A DNA stretch of 64,000 nucleotides from Nanobdellota archaeon. Lineage in GTDB: Archaea > Nanobdellota > Nanobdellia > Pacearchaeales > GW2011-AR1. The stretch is taken from NCBI GenBank assembly GCA_024654505.1, contig JANLHN010000003.1, positions 132,314 through 196,313 of the forward strand, given 5' to 3'. Shown here piece by piece: positions 47,752-57,200 of the stretch. Position numbers and translations under genes: made by a program. The first letter of the stretch is position 1. Each line of letters starts with the position of its first letter. The notes under the pieces are model-generated. The model saw only the letters and a list, made by a program, of their open reading frames with translations, did not search any database and was not told the DNA's origin.

Positions 47752-48678
47752 CTAGGATTTATTCTGAATATATTGGTAGGCAAAGTAAGATGCGGTGACA
47801 CCTTCGGCTACGCCAGTTATTGCTTGTTTGAATTCTGTGTCTATAACATCTCCGGCGGCGAAGAATCCAAGAATATTTGTTTCAGAGTTTCTATTAACTT
47901 TAACCTCTCCTTTCTCGTTTAAGTTTACCTTGAGTTGTTTTGCCAAATCACTAAGGGGGATGTGACCAATTTCAATGAAAACCCCATCAAGCTTAAACTC
48001 TTTACTTCCATTATAGGGTTTATCCAGAACAACATGGTCGAGTTTTCCCTCTCCAACTATTTTTACAATGTTGGTGTTGTTTATAATTTTAATATTTTTA
48101 GATTCCTTAATTTTCTTTCCATTTACTGGTTCTGGTCGAATTGATTCTCCTCGATAGATTATATAGACTTTTTCTGCATGTCTTGAGAGAAGGAGTGCCT
48201 CTTTTGCTGCGCTGTCACTTCCCCCAACAACACCGAGGATTTTATTTTTATAGAAAGGAGCATCACAAAGAGCACAAGTATGGACTCCCCTCCCCATCAA
48301 TTCTTTTTCTCCTGGAACTCCAAGTTCTTTTGCCTTTGTTCCTGTTGTGAGGATAACTGTTTTTGCTTCAAAGATAGATGTTGATGATTCTGCTTTGAAA
48401 ACCTCTCCTTCTTTAGAGATTCTATCAATAAATTCTCCTAAAATTGTTATGTCATACTCCATGGCGTGTTCTTTGATTTTGTTTGCCAATTCCGTCCCAG
48501 TTAGATTCTTGAATCCAGGATAGTTTGAGACCTCATCTGTTTGAGTTATTGTTCCTCCCTCTAAATCACCGACGACAATTGTCTTTAGATTGAATCTTGC
48601 AGAATACATCGCTGTTGCTAATCCCGTCACCCCAGTCCCAATGATTAAGACATCACAGGAATAATTTTTCTTTGCCAT
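47752..48678 (-). CDS. trxB: Thioredoxin-disulfide reductase
   Basis: FAD motif DVLIIGTGVTG. Redox centre HTCALCDAPF (CxxC). NADPH motif GVVGGGDSAAKEA. Confidence 0.85.
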   Translation of the reverse strand: MAKKNYSCDVLIIGTGVTGLATAMYSARFNLKTIVVGDLEGGTITQTDEVSNYPGFKNLTGTELANKIKEHAMEYDITILGEFIDRISKEGEVFKAESSTSIFEAKTVILTTGTKAKELGVPGEKELMGRGVHTCALCDAPFYKNKILGVVGGSDSAAKEALLLSRHAEKVYIIYRGESIRPEPVNGKKIKESKNIKIINNTNIVKIVGEGKLDHVVLDKPYNGSKEFKLDGVFIEIGHIPLSDLAKQLKVNLNEKGEVKVNRNSETNILGFFAAGDVIDTEFKQAITGVAEGVTASYFAYQYIQNKS

Positions 48679-48737
48679 TTTTTCTTTGAAGTTAGGTAAT
48701 TCGCTAGATTTATAAGTTTTAGTGTATCTTGTGAACT

Positions 48738-49493
48738 ATGGGATTTTGGCCAGTTGTTCTAAATGTTCTTAGGAACTCAGATGTTGTGCTTTTATTAGTG
48801 GATGCTAGGATGCCAGAGCTAACAAGGAATTCTGAGATAATCAAGAAGGTTGAAGCGATGAAGGGAAAACGATTGGTTTTGGTTTTTAATAAGTGTGATT
48901 TGGCTAGTAAAAAAGATTTAGATAAATTGAGGGAAGATTATCATGGGGCCTTTTTTATTTCTTGTACTAAGAAGAAAAATGTAAAAGAATTAGGGGATTA
49001 TTTAAGGAATTTGGCAGATAACTGGAATAGTTTAAGTCTTCGTGTTGGTCTTGTTGGTTATCCCAATGTTGGGAAGTCCGCTTTGATAAATATCTTGGCC
49101 CCTATGGCAAAAGCAAAGGTTTCTCCTGTTTCTGGAACGACAAAGAAGACACAATGGGCTCGAAATGGAAACATTAGGATAATGGATTCTCCGGGAGTTA
49201 TTCCCTTTGGAGATAGGAAGGTTCAAGTTGGAATGTCCTCGGCGAAGGACCCTCATAGAATTAGAAACCCTGAAAAAGTTGCATTGAGAGTGGTTGAGTT
49301 TTTAGACGAAAGAAATGACGGAACCCTTGGGAGATTTTATGGCGTTGATAAAAAGTTAAAAGGTTATGATTTATTTTTGGCTATTGGAAAGAAGATGGGG
49401 TACTTGGTTAAGGGTGGAGAAATTGATGAACATCGAACAGCTATTAAGATTTTGATTGACTGGCAACAAGGGAAGATTAGTTTGAGGGGTTAG
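48738..49493 (+). CDS. Circularly permuted GTPase (YlqF/YawG family), paralogue of 45745..46587
   Basis: G4 FNKCDL, G1 GYPNVGKSA and G3 DSPG. It aligns along its length with the other copy. Confidence 0.6.
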   Translation: MGFWPVVLNVLRNSDVVLLLVDARMPELTRNSEIIKKVEAMKGKRLVLVFNKCDLASKKDLDKLREDYHGAFFISCTKKKNVKELGDYLRNLADNWNSLSLRVGLVGYPNVGKSALINILAPMAKAKVSPVSGTTKKTQWARNGNIRIMDSPGVIPFGDRKVQVGMSSAKDPHRIRNPEKVALRVVEFLDERNDGTLGRFYGVDKKLKGYDLFLAIGKKMGYLVKGGEIDEHRTAIKILIDWQQGKISLRG

Positions 49494-49537
49494 TTTACTA
49501 TATAAATAGATTTAAACCCTTTTTATTTTTAGATTTT

Positions 49538-50314
49538 ATGAATTTTAGTCTAATAGATTTGTCCCATATTCCTGGAAGGGAAGATTCCTTAAAAAGTATT
49601 CAGAGATATATGCACCACATCACCCCTGTGATGTATTATAGGACCAATCTTCTAACCCACTCAAGGAGGGTTTCTGGACATCTTGAGGAGGCAGTAGAGG
49701 ATATCCTTTCTGTCCATCCAGGATTTGATGTGGAACTTGCTAGAACTTTGGCCCTTGTTCATGATGATGCAGAAATAATAACGGGAGATGTTCAACTTAT
49801 TGATAAGGAGGGAATGACTAAAGAACAAAAAAGAGAACTCTGGGTGGCAGAAGAAGCGGCGGCGGCAGAATTGGTTAAAAGATATGGTCCTAAGATAAAT
49901 GGGTTAGATTATGCTAAATTATTAGAGTTGGTTGGAACTAAAGAAGTTATAGAAGCTCAATTCGTTTCTTTTTTTGATAAATTCGATGGTGGGGGAGAGG
50001 CGTGGCATGAAGTTTGGGCTGGAAATGAAAGGTTCTTGCTTCCCGCCGGAGGACATCATGGGAGAAGTGGAGGATACGTCAGAAGATTAAACGCTTTTTT
50101 AGAGACATATCCGGCGATGAGAGCTTTTTTTAAAGAATTTCCAGGGTATCTCCCCGAACCTTTTGATTTTAAGTCTGCCGCAAAAACTGGGAAGCCACAC
50201 ACAGTTGATTCTTTAAAAGAAGATAGTGGTTTTCCTCCTTATGAAAGATGGAAGAAAAGTGTTATCAAAAAAGAAGGAACTTCGAATCTTACAACCCGAG
50301 TAGAGTTTCCTTAA
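49538..50314 (+). CDS. HD-domain phosphohydrolase (YfbR-like)
   Basis: H...LALVHDDAEIITGDV fits the HD motif with a downstream Asp. Confidence 0.55.
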   Translation: MNFSLIDLSHIPGREDSLKSIQRYMHHITPVMYYRTNLLTHSRRVSGHLEEAVEDILSVHPGFDVELARTLALVHDDAEIITGDVQLIDKEGMTKEQKRELWVAEEAAAAELVKRYGPKINGLDYAKLLELVGTKEVIEAQFVSFFDKFDGGGEAWHEVWAGNERFLLPAGGHHGRSGGYVRRLNAFLETYPAMRAFFKEFPGYLPEPFDFKSAAKTGKPHTVDSLKEDSGFPPYERWKKSVIKKEGTSNLTTRVEFP

Positions 50315-51690
50315 CGTCTTCCTCTTCTGTTAGAAGTGTTTCTTCCACCACCCCTGAATCCTGTTCTTGGTTTTGAATCTCTATTTCTATTATGACTTGG
50401 TCTTCGATTATCCGAGTCTGAGCTTCTTCTTGGAGGACCTCTTGGTCCTCTGCCATCTTGTGTAGGTCTTCTTGGGGGGCCTCTACTTCCTCCAGATCTT
50501 GGTGGTCCTCGAGATCCGCCCCTTCCACCCCTCATAGGTCTTCCCCTTTCTCTTGGGGCTTCCCATTTGACAAAGATTCTTGGAAATTGTGGAGTCATTT
50601 CTCTCTTGATTATAACTTCTGGATTATGTCTTTGAAAATTTGCAAAGTTATCATAGTCTCTACTAGTAATTATGTTAATAGCTATCCCTTCTTTTCCTGC
50701 CCTTGCTGTCCTACCTATTCTGTGGATATAATCTTTTGAGTCTGATGGAATGTCATAATTATATATATGTGAAACTCCTTCAATATCTAAACCTCTTGCG
50801 GCAACATCTGTACAAACCAAAATATTTACTTTAGAACTATCAAATCCTTTCATAACCCTATTCCTTTTTGATTGTTCCATCCCTCCATGAATTACTTGTG
50901 CACTTATTCCATTATCGTTGAGATTCTTTGCAACAAAATCCGCATTTCTCCTAGTGTTACAGAAAATCATAACTAGGTGTGCTTTTTCATGGTTTAGTAA
51001 ATGAACTAAAAGAGAGAATTTTTCGTTGTCTCGAGCATCATAATAAATTTGTTTTAATTTTGTTGCATCAACATAATGTTTTACTGCTACTTCTGTGGGA
51101 GATTTCATATATTTTGAGGAGAAATCTGCTAACTCTGAAGATATAGTCGCTGAAAAAAGCATTGTTTGTCTTTTTACTGGGCAGGCCTTTACTATTTTCC
51201 CCACATCATCTTTGAAACCCATATCCCACATCCTATCTGCCTCATCCAAAACAAGGAAATCTACGTGGCTGAGGTCAATTGACTTCTGACTCATATGGTC
51301 TAAAAGTCTTCCTGGTGTGGCCACAACGACTTCGGCAGTAGTCAACCGTTTTATTTGATGGTTTATTGAAACTCCACCATACACTGGAAGAACTTCTAAT
51401 CCCTTATGGTAAGCAAATTCTTCAATTGCCTGAGCTACTTGTTCTGCTAATTCTCTTGTAGGTGTTAAAATTAATGCTTGGACTCCTTTTCCTTTCTGAA
51501 CGTTTTTGATTATTCCAACAGCGAAAGCAAGAGTTTTTCCAGAACCCGTTGCCGAACCGGCTATAATATCTTTTCCCTCTAAAATTATTGGAATTGCTCT
51601 CTCTTGAATCTCGCTTGGCTTCTCAAATTTCTTCGCAGAGATTACTCTAATAATATCTTCGCTTATTCCTAACTTCTTGAAACTTTCCAT
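50311..51690 (-). CDS. DEAD-box ATP-dependent RNA helicase with RGG-rich C-terminal tail
   Basis: The Q motif, GSGKTLAF, PTRELA, DEADRM, SAT and HRIGRTAR are all present. The tail is GGRGGSRGPPRSGG... Confidence 0.85.
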   Translation of the reverse strand: MESFKKLGISEDIIRVISAKKFEKPSEIQERAIPIILEGKDIIAGSATGSGKTLAFAVGIIKNVQKGKGVQALILTPTRELAEQVAQAIEEFAYHKGLEVLPVYGGVSINHQIKRLTTAEVVVATPGRLLDHMSQKSIDLSHVDFLVLDEADRMWDMGFKDDVGKIVKACPVKRQTMLFSATISSELADFSSKYMKSPTEVAVKHYVDATKLKQIYYDARDNEKFSLLVHLLNHEKAHLVMIFCNTRRNADFVAKNLNDNGISAQVIHGGMEQSKRNRVMKGFDSSKVNILVCTDVAARGLDIEGVSHIYNYDIPSDSKDYIHRIGRTARAGKEGIAINIITSRDYDNFANFQRHNPEVIIKREMTPQFPRIFVKWEAPRERGRPMRGGRGGSRGPPRSGGSRGPPRRPTQDGRGPRGPPRRSSDSDNRRPSHNRNRDSKPRTGFRGGGRNTSNRRGRR

Positions 51691-51803
51691 TTTATTATTC
51701 TAGAAAAATCTTGAACGCGAATCCTCACGACTTACGTCCAAGGACTCTGACCGATTTATCTATCTGTATATAATTCATCCTAGAAGTGGCTTTATAAAAC
51801 CTC

Positions 51804-52799
51804 CTAATCTTCTTTTAGAGATTCTGATTCGTCTTCTTTTTTATCTTCTGCTTGTTCCTTTAGAAATTTAAGTTCTTCTTCTTTTTTATCTAATTTTGCT
51901 TTTGCTTCTTCATGATTCTCTACACTCTTTAGGGCTTTTAGTTCTTTTTCTTCCTCGGCTAATTTTGCTTTTGCTTTTCTTACTTCTTCTTCTTGTTTAT
52001 CGTCTCCCCTTAGAGTTCTTAGTTCTTTTTCTTCCTCGGCTAATTTTGCTTTTGCTTTTCTTACTTCTTCTATTTGTTTCTTCCCTTCTTTTATAATCTT
52101 TATTTCAAGTTCTTTTTTTCTTATTTGTTCTTGAATCTTTTTTAATTCTCTGTTGCTTGCAGGAGTTGCTACATCTATAACACTTGAACCTTTGTAAAAC
52201 ATCTTTACTAAAAGGAAAACAAAAACAAGTGCAAAGATTATGCCTATAAACCAGATATATCCCTTTAGTGAACCATCATTATTTGTAAAAATTGCTTTGC
52301 CAGTTATTGGGAGAATCTCTTCTTCAACTACATCTGCTGGAACATCAGTGGTATTTTCTACAACAGATTCTTCCTCGGTTATGTTCTCTGGAACCTCGGT
52401 GACCTCTTCGACAATTGGTTTTTCCGCCACTTTTTTTGCTAACTCTTCCATTGCTATAGCATCAATATTCATAATACACTCTCCATTGGAAACACACTCA
52501 AAGAGTAATGGATTGGCAGTGCTTCCCTCAAGGCTTGCATCATTTACCTTACTGGTTCCCTTCCAGATTCTTATTTTATACTTGACATCTGGTTCATTCA
52601 AGGAAAAGAATGTTTTTGATATACGCCCCTCTCCATCTGCAGTGCCCCTTAACTCATTTAAATAGGTCCCTCCATCAGAAGAGAATATTTCAAAGACAAC
52701 ATAATTGCTTGGTTCTGTTATTATGGTTATTGGACCATTCATGGCAAAGACGCTGCTAAAAAACATTAGGAAGAGGAATGCTATCAACAGCTTTTTCAT
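51804..52799 (-). CDS. Secreted/membrane protein with cytoplasmic K/E-rich tandem repeats
   Basis: A signal peptide, a TM helix (IWFIGIIFALVFVFLLV), and 27-aa repeats EEVRKAKAKLAEEEKEL. Confidence 0.45.
   Translation of the reverse strand: MKKLLIAFLFLMFFSSVFAMNGPITIITEPSNYVVFEIFSSDGGTYLNELRGTADGEGRISKTFFSLNEPDVKYKIRIWKGTSKVNDASLEGSTANPLLFECVSNGECIMNIDAIAMEELAKKVAEKPIVEEVTEVPENITEEESVVENTTDVPADVVEEEILPITGKAIFTNNDGSLKGYIWFIGIIFALVFVFLLVKMFYKGSSVIDVATPASNRELKKIQEQIRKKELEIKIIKEGKKQIEEVRKAKAKLAEEEKELRTLRGDDKQEEEVRKAKAKLAEEEKELKALKSVENHEEAKAKLDKKEEELKFLKEQAEDKKEDESESLKED
51939..52070. repeat. 81-bp tandem direct repeat (x1.6) inside CDS
   Basis: tagttctttttcttcctcggctaattttgcttttgcttttcttacttcttc appears at 51939 and 52020. 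Confidence 0.6.
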
Positions 52800-52875
52800 G
52801 TTTGGGAGAGGCTTTTGTTATTTAAAAAGATTTCGTGAGTGGAAAGTATAAAAAGAAGGCTAGATTTGATGAAAA

Positions 52876-53013
52876 ATGAAAAAATGTCCAGTGTGTAATT
52901 CATCTCGATATGAGGTTGTTGAAGGTAATCATTGTTGTGCGAGGTGTGGTTATGTTAATAAGTCTGTGAAGAATGTTAATAAGGAACTTAAAGAAAAAGA
53001 TTATCCATCCTGA
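52876..53013 (+). CDS. Small zinc-ribbon protein (45 aa)
   Basis: The product is MKKCPVCNSSRYEVVEGNHCCARCGYVNKS... with a CPxC...CxRC ribbon. It falls below the ORF-track cutoff. Confidence 0.3.
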   Translation: MKKCPVCNSSRYEVVEGNHCCARCGYVNKSVKNVNKELKEKDYPS

Positions 53014-53630
53014 AGGTTAAATAGGGCCTCGTGGGCCCGCACTAAATCTATTTTATTTATATAGACTACAAACTCTGGAGGAGATACTACGATTTCCTCG
53101 ATGTTCACATCACAAAGACTTATTTCCCCAGAGATTCTTGCGAGAACACCTTTTGTTTTTATGGCTTTTGGATCAAGAATTAAACTTATTTCTGAAAGCC
53201 CATCCCTAAAGGAAATAATGTGTTTTTTACTAAAGAAATTCTTGGCCAAGTCTATTAGAGAATTATATAAAATAATCTTTGTGGAATTCTCCCCTGTAAT
53301 GACTTTTAGCTCGTGTGTCTTAACTTCTGGAAGAGAATACCATTCAAAGAGCGGAGCAGATTTTTTTAGAACAATACAGGCAATATTACTTCTTGTCTTT
53401 ATCATCCCTGCTTTAAAAATTTCCCTTAGGTTTTTCTCTTTTAGAGATTTTTCAGATTCAGAGTCGTACCTTCTTATGGCGCTGAGAACAGAATCAAGGG
53501 ATGTCTTAAGATTGTATTTTTTTATTAAATATACGGCGAGAGCTCTTGAATTGAGAACCCCCCTCAAGATATTTTTTTGTATGCTTAAGTCTTTGTCTAT
53601 AATATTTTGAACTAGTTGATTCATATTCAT
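53001..53630 (-). CDS. Hypothetical protein
   Basis: ORF only (209 aa). Confidence 0.4.
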   Translation of the reverse strand: MNMNQLVQNIIDKDLSIQKNILRGVLNSRALAVYLIKKYNLKTSLDSVLSAIRRYDSESEKSLKEKNLREIFKAGMIKTRSNIACIVLKKSAPLFEWYSLPEVKTHELKVITGENSTKIILYNSLIDLAKNFFSKKHIISFRDGLSEISLILDPKAIKTKGVLARISGEISLCDVNIEEIVVSPPEFVVYINKIDLVRAHEALFNLQDG

Positions 53631-53766
53631 AGTTAATTAAAGTAGAAGAACTATATAAATCTTCTGAAATATGTCAAGATTATAGTTTTTTGGTCAAAAT
53701 AGGTATTTTTTTGTTATTTAGGTCAATAAGTATTTAATACTCTTTGTATTAATATTATAGAATAAC

Positions 53767-54138
53767 ATGGAAGAAACAACAGACTTAAGGGTTGCGGGGC
53801 CCCAACTTACTCGGGAGAGTGTTCCCCTTAGAAAACTTGAGGGTTTAGCAGGTTCTGATGATGACGGAGCTCTTGATAAATTTGCAAGAAGAATAGTTAA
53901 TGATGGAGGGATTCATTGTGATGGTTGTGGAGGGCGTACGAGGAAGGTAGATATGACAATGGTCTACGCTGGAATAGTTGTTGTTGCCTTTGAAGATTGT
54001 GTACATATTAGAGAATATGTTGTTCCTGGTTCAGAAGTTAGAAATAATGTTCATTTTGTCCGAGTCCCGGGAGGGTTTAGAGCCGTTTATGGAGAGAAAC
54101 CTAAAGAAAAGTTACCCCCTTATATGACTCGGGGATGA
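53767..54138 (+). CDS. Hypothetical protein with HCDGCGG motif
   Basis: ORF only (123 aa). A possible Zn site. Confidence 0.35.
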   Translation: MEETTDLRVAGPQLTRESVPLRKLEGLAGSDDDGALDKFARRIVNDGGIHCDGCGGRTRKVDMTMVYAGIVVVAFEDCVHIREYVVPGSEVRNNVHFVRVPGGFRAVYGEKPKEKLPPYMTRG

Positions 54139-54154
54139 TTATTTTATTTGGATA

Positions 54155-54262
54155 GAGAATGGCCCCACCAAGAATCTTCTCACAAAATGCATTTCACAAT
54201 TAATATTTTTCTGTTTGATTGTTCAAAGCGTTTTGTTCGCCTTGGGCACCCAAGTTCGAGAA
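54155..54262. repeat. tRNA-Val downstream element + duplicated 3' end (gagaatggccccaccaagaatc)
   Basis: The 22-nt direct repeat lies at 54155-54176 and 54258-54279. The element contains the palindrome CTTGGGTGCCCAAG, built from the tRNA T-stem sequence. Confidence 0.6.
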
Positions 54263-54333
54263 TGGCCCCACCAAGAATCGAACTTGGGCATTCTCGGTGT
54301 AAACGAGATGTTCTGCCATTAGACTATGGGGCC
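54263..54333 (-). tRNA. tRNA-Val (anticodon UAC)
   Basis: A 71-nt cloverleaf with acceptor GGCCCCA/TGGGGCC. The anticodon stem is TCTCG/CGAGA with loop TTTACAC. The T arm is CCAAG-TTCGATT-CTTGG and the discriminator is A. Confidence 0.8.
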
Positions 54334-54387
54334 ATAGCTCCGTTGTCTTCATGAAACATCTATGATGTTCCTTTAGACTATGGGGCC
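54334..54387 (-). repeat. Pseudo-5'-end copy of tRNA-Val (GGCCCCATAGTCTAAAGGAAC + spacer)
   Basis: The copy lies 54 nt upstream of the tRNA 5' end. AAAGGAAC replaces the D-loop. Confidence 0.6.
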
Positions 54388-54457
54388 GTTTAGAGGAGAA
54401 CAAATTCTTTGCTTTTAAAACTTATGATTGGGGAATAGTGATAACATTTAAATAAGA

Positions 54458-56338
54458 TTGATTCAAAATATAGATATGGACAAAAGCCATAAGAAATTAT
54501 CTGAGAGTGGTTCTGTAGAGCAAAATTTGGCTAAAGATTATGTTCCCAAATCTAAACTTGGAAGTCTTCCAATGTCTGAGAGTATTGATGAAACATTAAA
54601 AAAGAAAATGGATGCTACCCAGAAAGGAATTATAAAATTTAAGGATGAGCTCACAAAAAAATACAAATTTATTGAAGTGGTTGGAATAATTCCTGCTCAG
54701 GCTGCTCAAAAGATAGAAGAGGAGTATGAAATTTCTGAAGCAGATACTAAAAGGGGCCTTATCCACTTATTGATTGTAATCCCTGAAAAACATTTTAAGA
54801 ACATTGGGAAAATTCGGCTTGATGCTATTGATATGGCTAAGAAGATTAACGATAAGTTTTGGGCCCATATAATGACCCCTGTTGATATTTGGAATTTAGG
54901 TCTTGACTCTAAATTTGATGTTATGGAAGCTATTTCTATGTCTTATCCTGTTTTAGATAAGAATGGATTACTTGGTTCACTTAGAGTTACACAAATCCAT
55001 AAATCTTTGGTATTAAGGAAATTTGAAAAGTATGTAACAAGTTATGTTATTGGGGGTTCAATTGTCCGTGGAGAAACTACAAAAACTTCGGATGTGGATG
55101 TGTTTGTTATAATTGATGACACGGATGTTAAACGAATGCCTCGACTCGAATTAAAAGAGAAGCTTAGGGGGATAATTTATTCTTATATCCAAGAAGCAGA
55201 AACAATGTCTGGGGTGAAAAATAAACTGTCTCCTCAAATTTATTTGATGACTGATTTTTGGGATGCTGTAAAAGATGCTCACCCAGTTATGTTTACTTTT
55301 ATCAGGGACGGGATTCCATTATATGACCGGGGGGCATTTTTGCCTTGGAAATCTCTCCTTAGAATGGGAAAGATTAGACCTTCTCCCGAAGCAATGGATA
55401 TGTTTATGTCCTCAGGAGATAAGTTAAAAGAAACTGTTGAACGAAGAGTCTTTGATATTGCAACATTAGATTTATTCTATGGAATTTTTACACCAACCCA
55501 AGGCCTTTTGATGCTTTATGGACAAGCACCCAAAAACCATAGAGAAACTGTTAAGGCATTTAGAGAAACTTTTGTAGATAAAGAAAAAATGATAGAGAAG
55601 CGATATGCAGATATTCTTGAAGAAATTGTAATTGAGTATTTTAAGGGAATGGAACATGGAAAGTTAAAACCGGGAGATGTTAGTGGAGCAAAGTTAGATG
55701 AATTGACAAAAAATTCTTTGGATTATATAAAAAGACTTAAGGAACTCAGAGAACAAATTGAGAAGAGGGTCCAGGAAAAATCTATTGAGCAAGTCTATGA
55801 CGATGTTTTTGGAATGCTTGGTGCGCTTTTAAAGAAGAGTGGAGAGGCTGCAATAATAAAAGCTTTTGATGAAAAACTAGTCAAGGAAGGAAAATTCCCT
55901 CCAAAATTCTTGAATAGTTTAAGGTTGATTTCCCAAACAAAAAAGACAGTGGTTAAAACCTGTGGAGAAACTGGAAAAAAGAAGGATCGTAGTTTAACTG
56001 CTAAGCAGAGTCGACATGTAGATAATGCAAGAAAGTTAGGATTAGAAATTACAAATGCTTTGGTAGAATATACTCAAAGAAAGGAGATTGCATCTTTTAA
56101 TAAAGTCCGATTTTTACTGAAAGGAAGAAATTCTGATGCAGAAATTCTCTTTTTAAAAGAGACTTTTATTACCCAGGGTGGGAAAATTCAAAAGATTTCT
56201 AATGGAAATGTGGTTGATTCTACTCCAGAAGAGCTTGAAGAACAGATTGATTCTCAAAAGGGAACGGGAGTCAAGATTGATTTTAAGGCAATGGACGTCT
56301 TAAAGAAGATGTTTGGGGAATTTGAGTTGATTCAATAA
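54458..56338 (+). CDS. Large Pol-beta-superfamily nucleotidyltransferase domain protein
   Basis: The motif GGSIVRGETTKTSDVDVFVIIDD (GS...D-x-D) sits around residue 205 of 626. The flanking domains are unassigned. Confidence 0.5.
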   Translation: MIQNIDMDKSHKKLSESGSVEQNLAKDYVPKSKLGSLPMSESIDETLKKKMDATQKGIIKFKDELTKKYKFIEVVGIIPAQAAQKIEEEYEISEADTKRGLIHLLIVIPEKHFKNIGKIRLDAIDMAKKINDKFWAHIMTPVDIWNLGLDSKFDVMEAISMSYPVLDKNGLLGSLRVTQIHKSLVLRKFEKYVTSYVIGGSIVRGETTKTSDVDVFVIIDDTDVKRMPRLELKEKLRGIIYSYIQEAETMSGVKNKLSPQIYLMTDFWDAVKDAHPVMFTFIRDGIPLYDRGAFLPWKSLLRMGKIRPSPEAMDMFMSSGDKLKETVERRVFDIATLDLFYGIFTPTQGLLMLYGQAPKNHRETVKAFRETFVDKEKMIEKRYADILEEIVIEYFKGMEHGKLKPGDVSGAKLDELTKNSLDYIKRLKELREQIEKRVQEKSIEQVYDDVFGMLGALLKKSGEAAIIKAFDEKLVKEGKFPPKFLNSLRLISQTKKTVVKTCGETGKKKDRSLTAKQSRHVDNARKLGLEITNALVEYTQRKEIASFNKVRFLLKGRNSDAEILFLKETFITQGGKIQKISNGNVVDSTPEELEEQIDSQKGTGVKIDFKAMDVLKKMFGEFELIQ

Positions 56339-56368
56339 GTTTTTAAATGAATTTCTCACATAATAAAC

Positions 56369-56635
56369 ATGGTCACTGGACGAGTTATACAATTTAGGCG
56401 AGGAAGAAAAAATTATACTCCTAGACATTTCCTCATAGAAGTTGAGGGAACAGATACTCGGGAGAAGGCGGCAAAGTTCGTCGGAAAATCTGTTTCTTGG
56501 AAGAGTCCGGGAAAAGAACCAAAAGTGATTAATGGGAAGGTTTCTTCAGCTCATGGAGGGAATGGGGTTATTCGTGCAATTTTTGAAAGAGGTTTACCTG
56601 GTCAAGCAATTGGAACGGAGGTTGTGATTAATTAA
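56369..56635 (+). CDS. rpl35ae: 50S ribosomal protein L35Ae (eL33)
   Basis: GRVIQFRRG...VSWKSPGK...GKVSSAHGGNGVIRAIFERGLPGQAIG matches archaeal L35Ae. Confidence 0.75.
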   Translation: MVTGRVIQFRRGRKNYTPRHFLIEVEGTDTREKAAKFVGKSVSWKSPGKEPKVINGKVSSAHGGNGVIRAIFERGLPGQAIGTEVVIN

Positions 56636-56636
56636 T

Positions 56637-57176
56637 ATGGCATTAAGAAAGGCTTCTGCTTATAGTAAAAATTATGCTTTGCCTTATACTCGTAAGTCTA
56701 AAACAAAGTCGAAATCATATATTAAGACTATCCCAAACTCTAAGATTGTGAGATTTAAAATGGGAGATATAATTGGTTTTGATGGGGGGAAGTATTCTAC
56801 CATAATTAAGATTAAATCTAAAGAGAGATGCCAGATTAGAGATAATTCAATTGAGGCTGTTCGACAGTATTTGAATAGATTTCTCCAAACAAAGATGGGT
56901 AAGGACTTTTATTTAGAAGTAAAAATTTATCCACACCATGTTTTAAGGGAAAATAAAATGATTACTGGTGCAGGTGCTGACCGTATGCAGACAGGTATGG
57001 CTCGTTCTTTTGGTAAGACTGTAGGGAGAGCTGCTTTAGTTGTTCCCGAACAAGTATTATTTATTGTTGGAGTGAAGCTCCTAAAGCATGAAATTGAAGC
57101 AAGAAAACTCATTAGTGCAATCAAAGCCCGATTGCCTTGTAAAGTTGGAACTGAGACTTTTCGAGCTAAACCTTAA
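56637..57176 (+). CDS. rpl10e: 50S ribosomal protein L10e (uL16)
   Basis: MALRKASAYSK...RFKMGD and a conserved core. The start overlaps the stop of the upstream gene, suggesting an operon. Confidence 0.8.
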   Translation: MALRKASAYSKNYALPYTRKSKTKSKSYIKTIPNSKIVRFKMGDIIGFDGGKYSTIIKIKSKERCQIRDNSIEAVRQYLNRFLQTKMGKDFYLEVKIYPHHVLRENKMITGAGADRMQTGMARSFGKTVGRAALVVPEQVLFIVGVKLLKHEIEARKLISAIKARLPCKVGTETFRAKP

Positions 57177-57200
57177 AAACTTCTAATCTTAGTTATTTTT

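Noticed and set aside
50289-50739. ORFs 50289..50528 (-) and 50458..50739 (+)
   Set aside because: They are alternative-frame or antisense readings of the DEAD-box helicase RGG tail, and low complexity.
54148-54403. ORFs 54148..54354 (+) and 54200..54403 (-)
   Set aside because: They overlap tRNA-Val and its duplicated termini.
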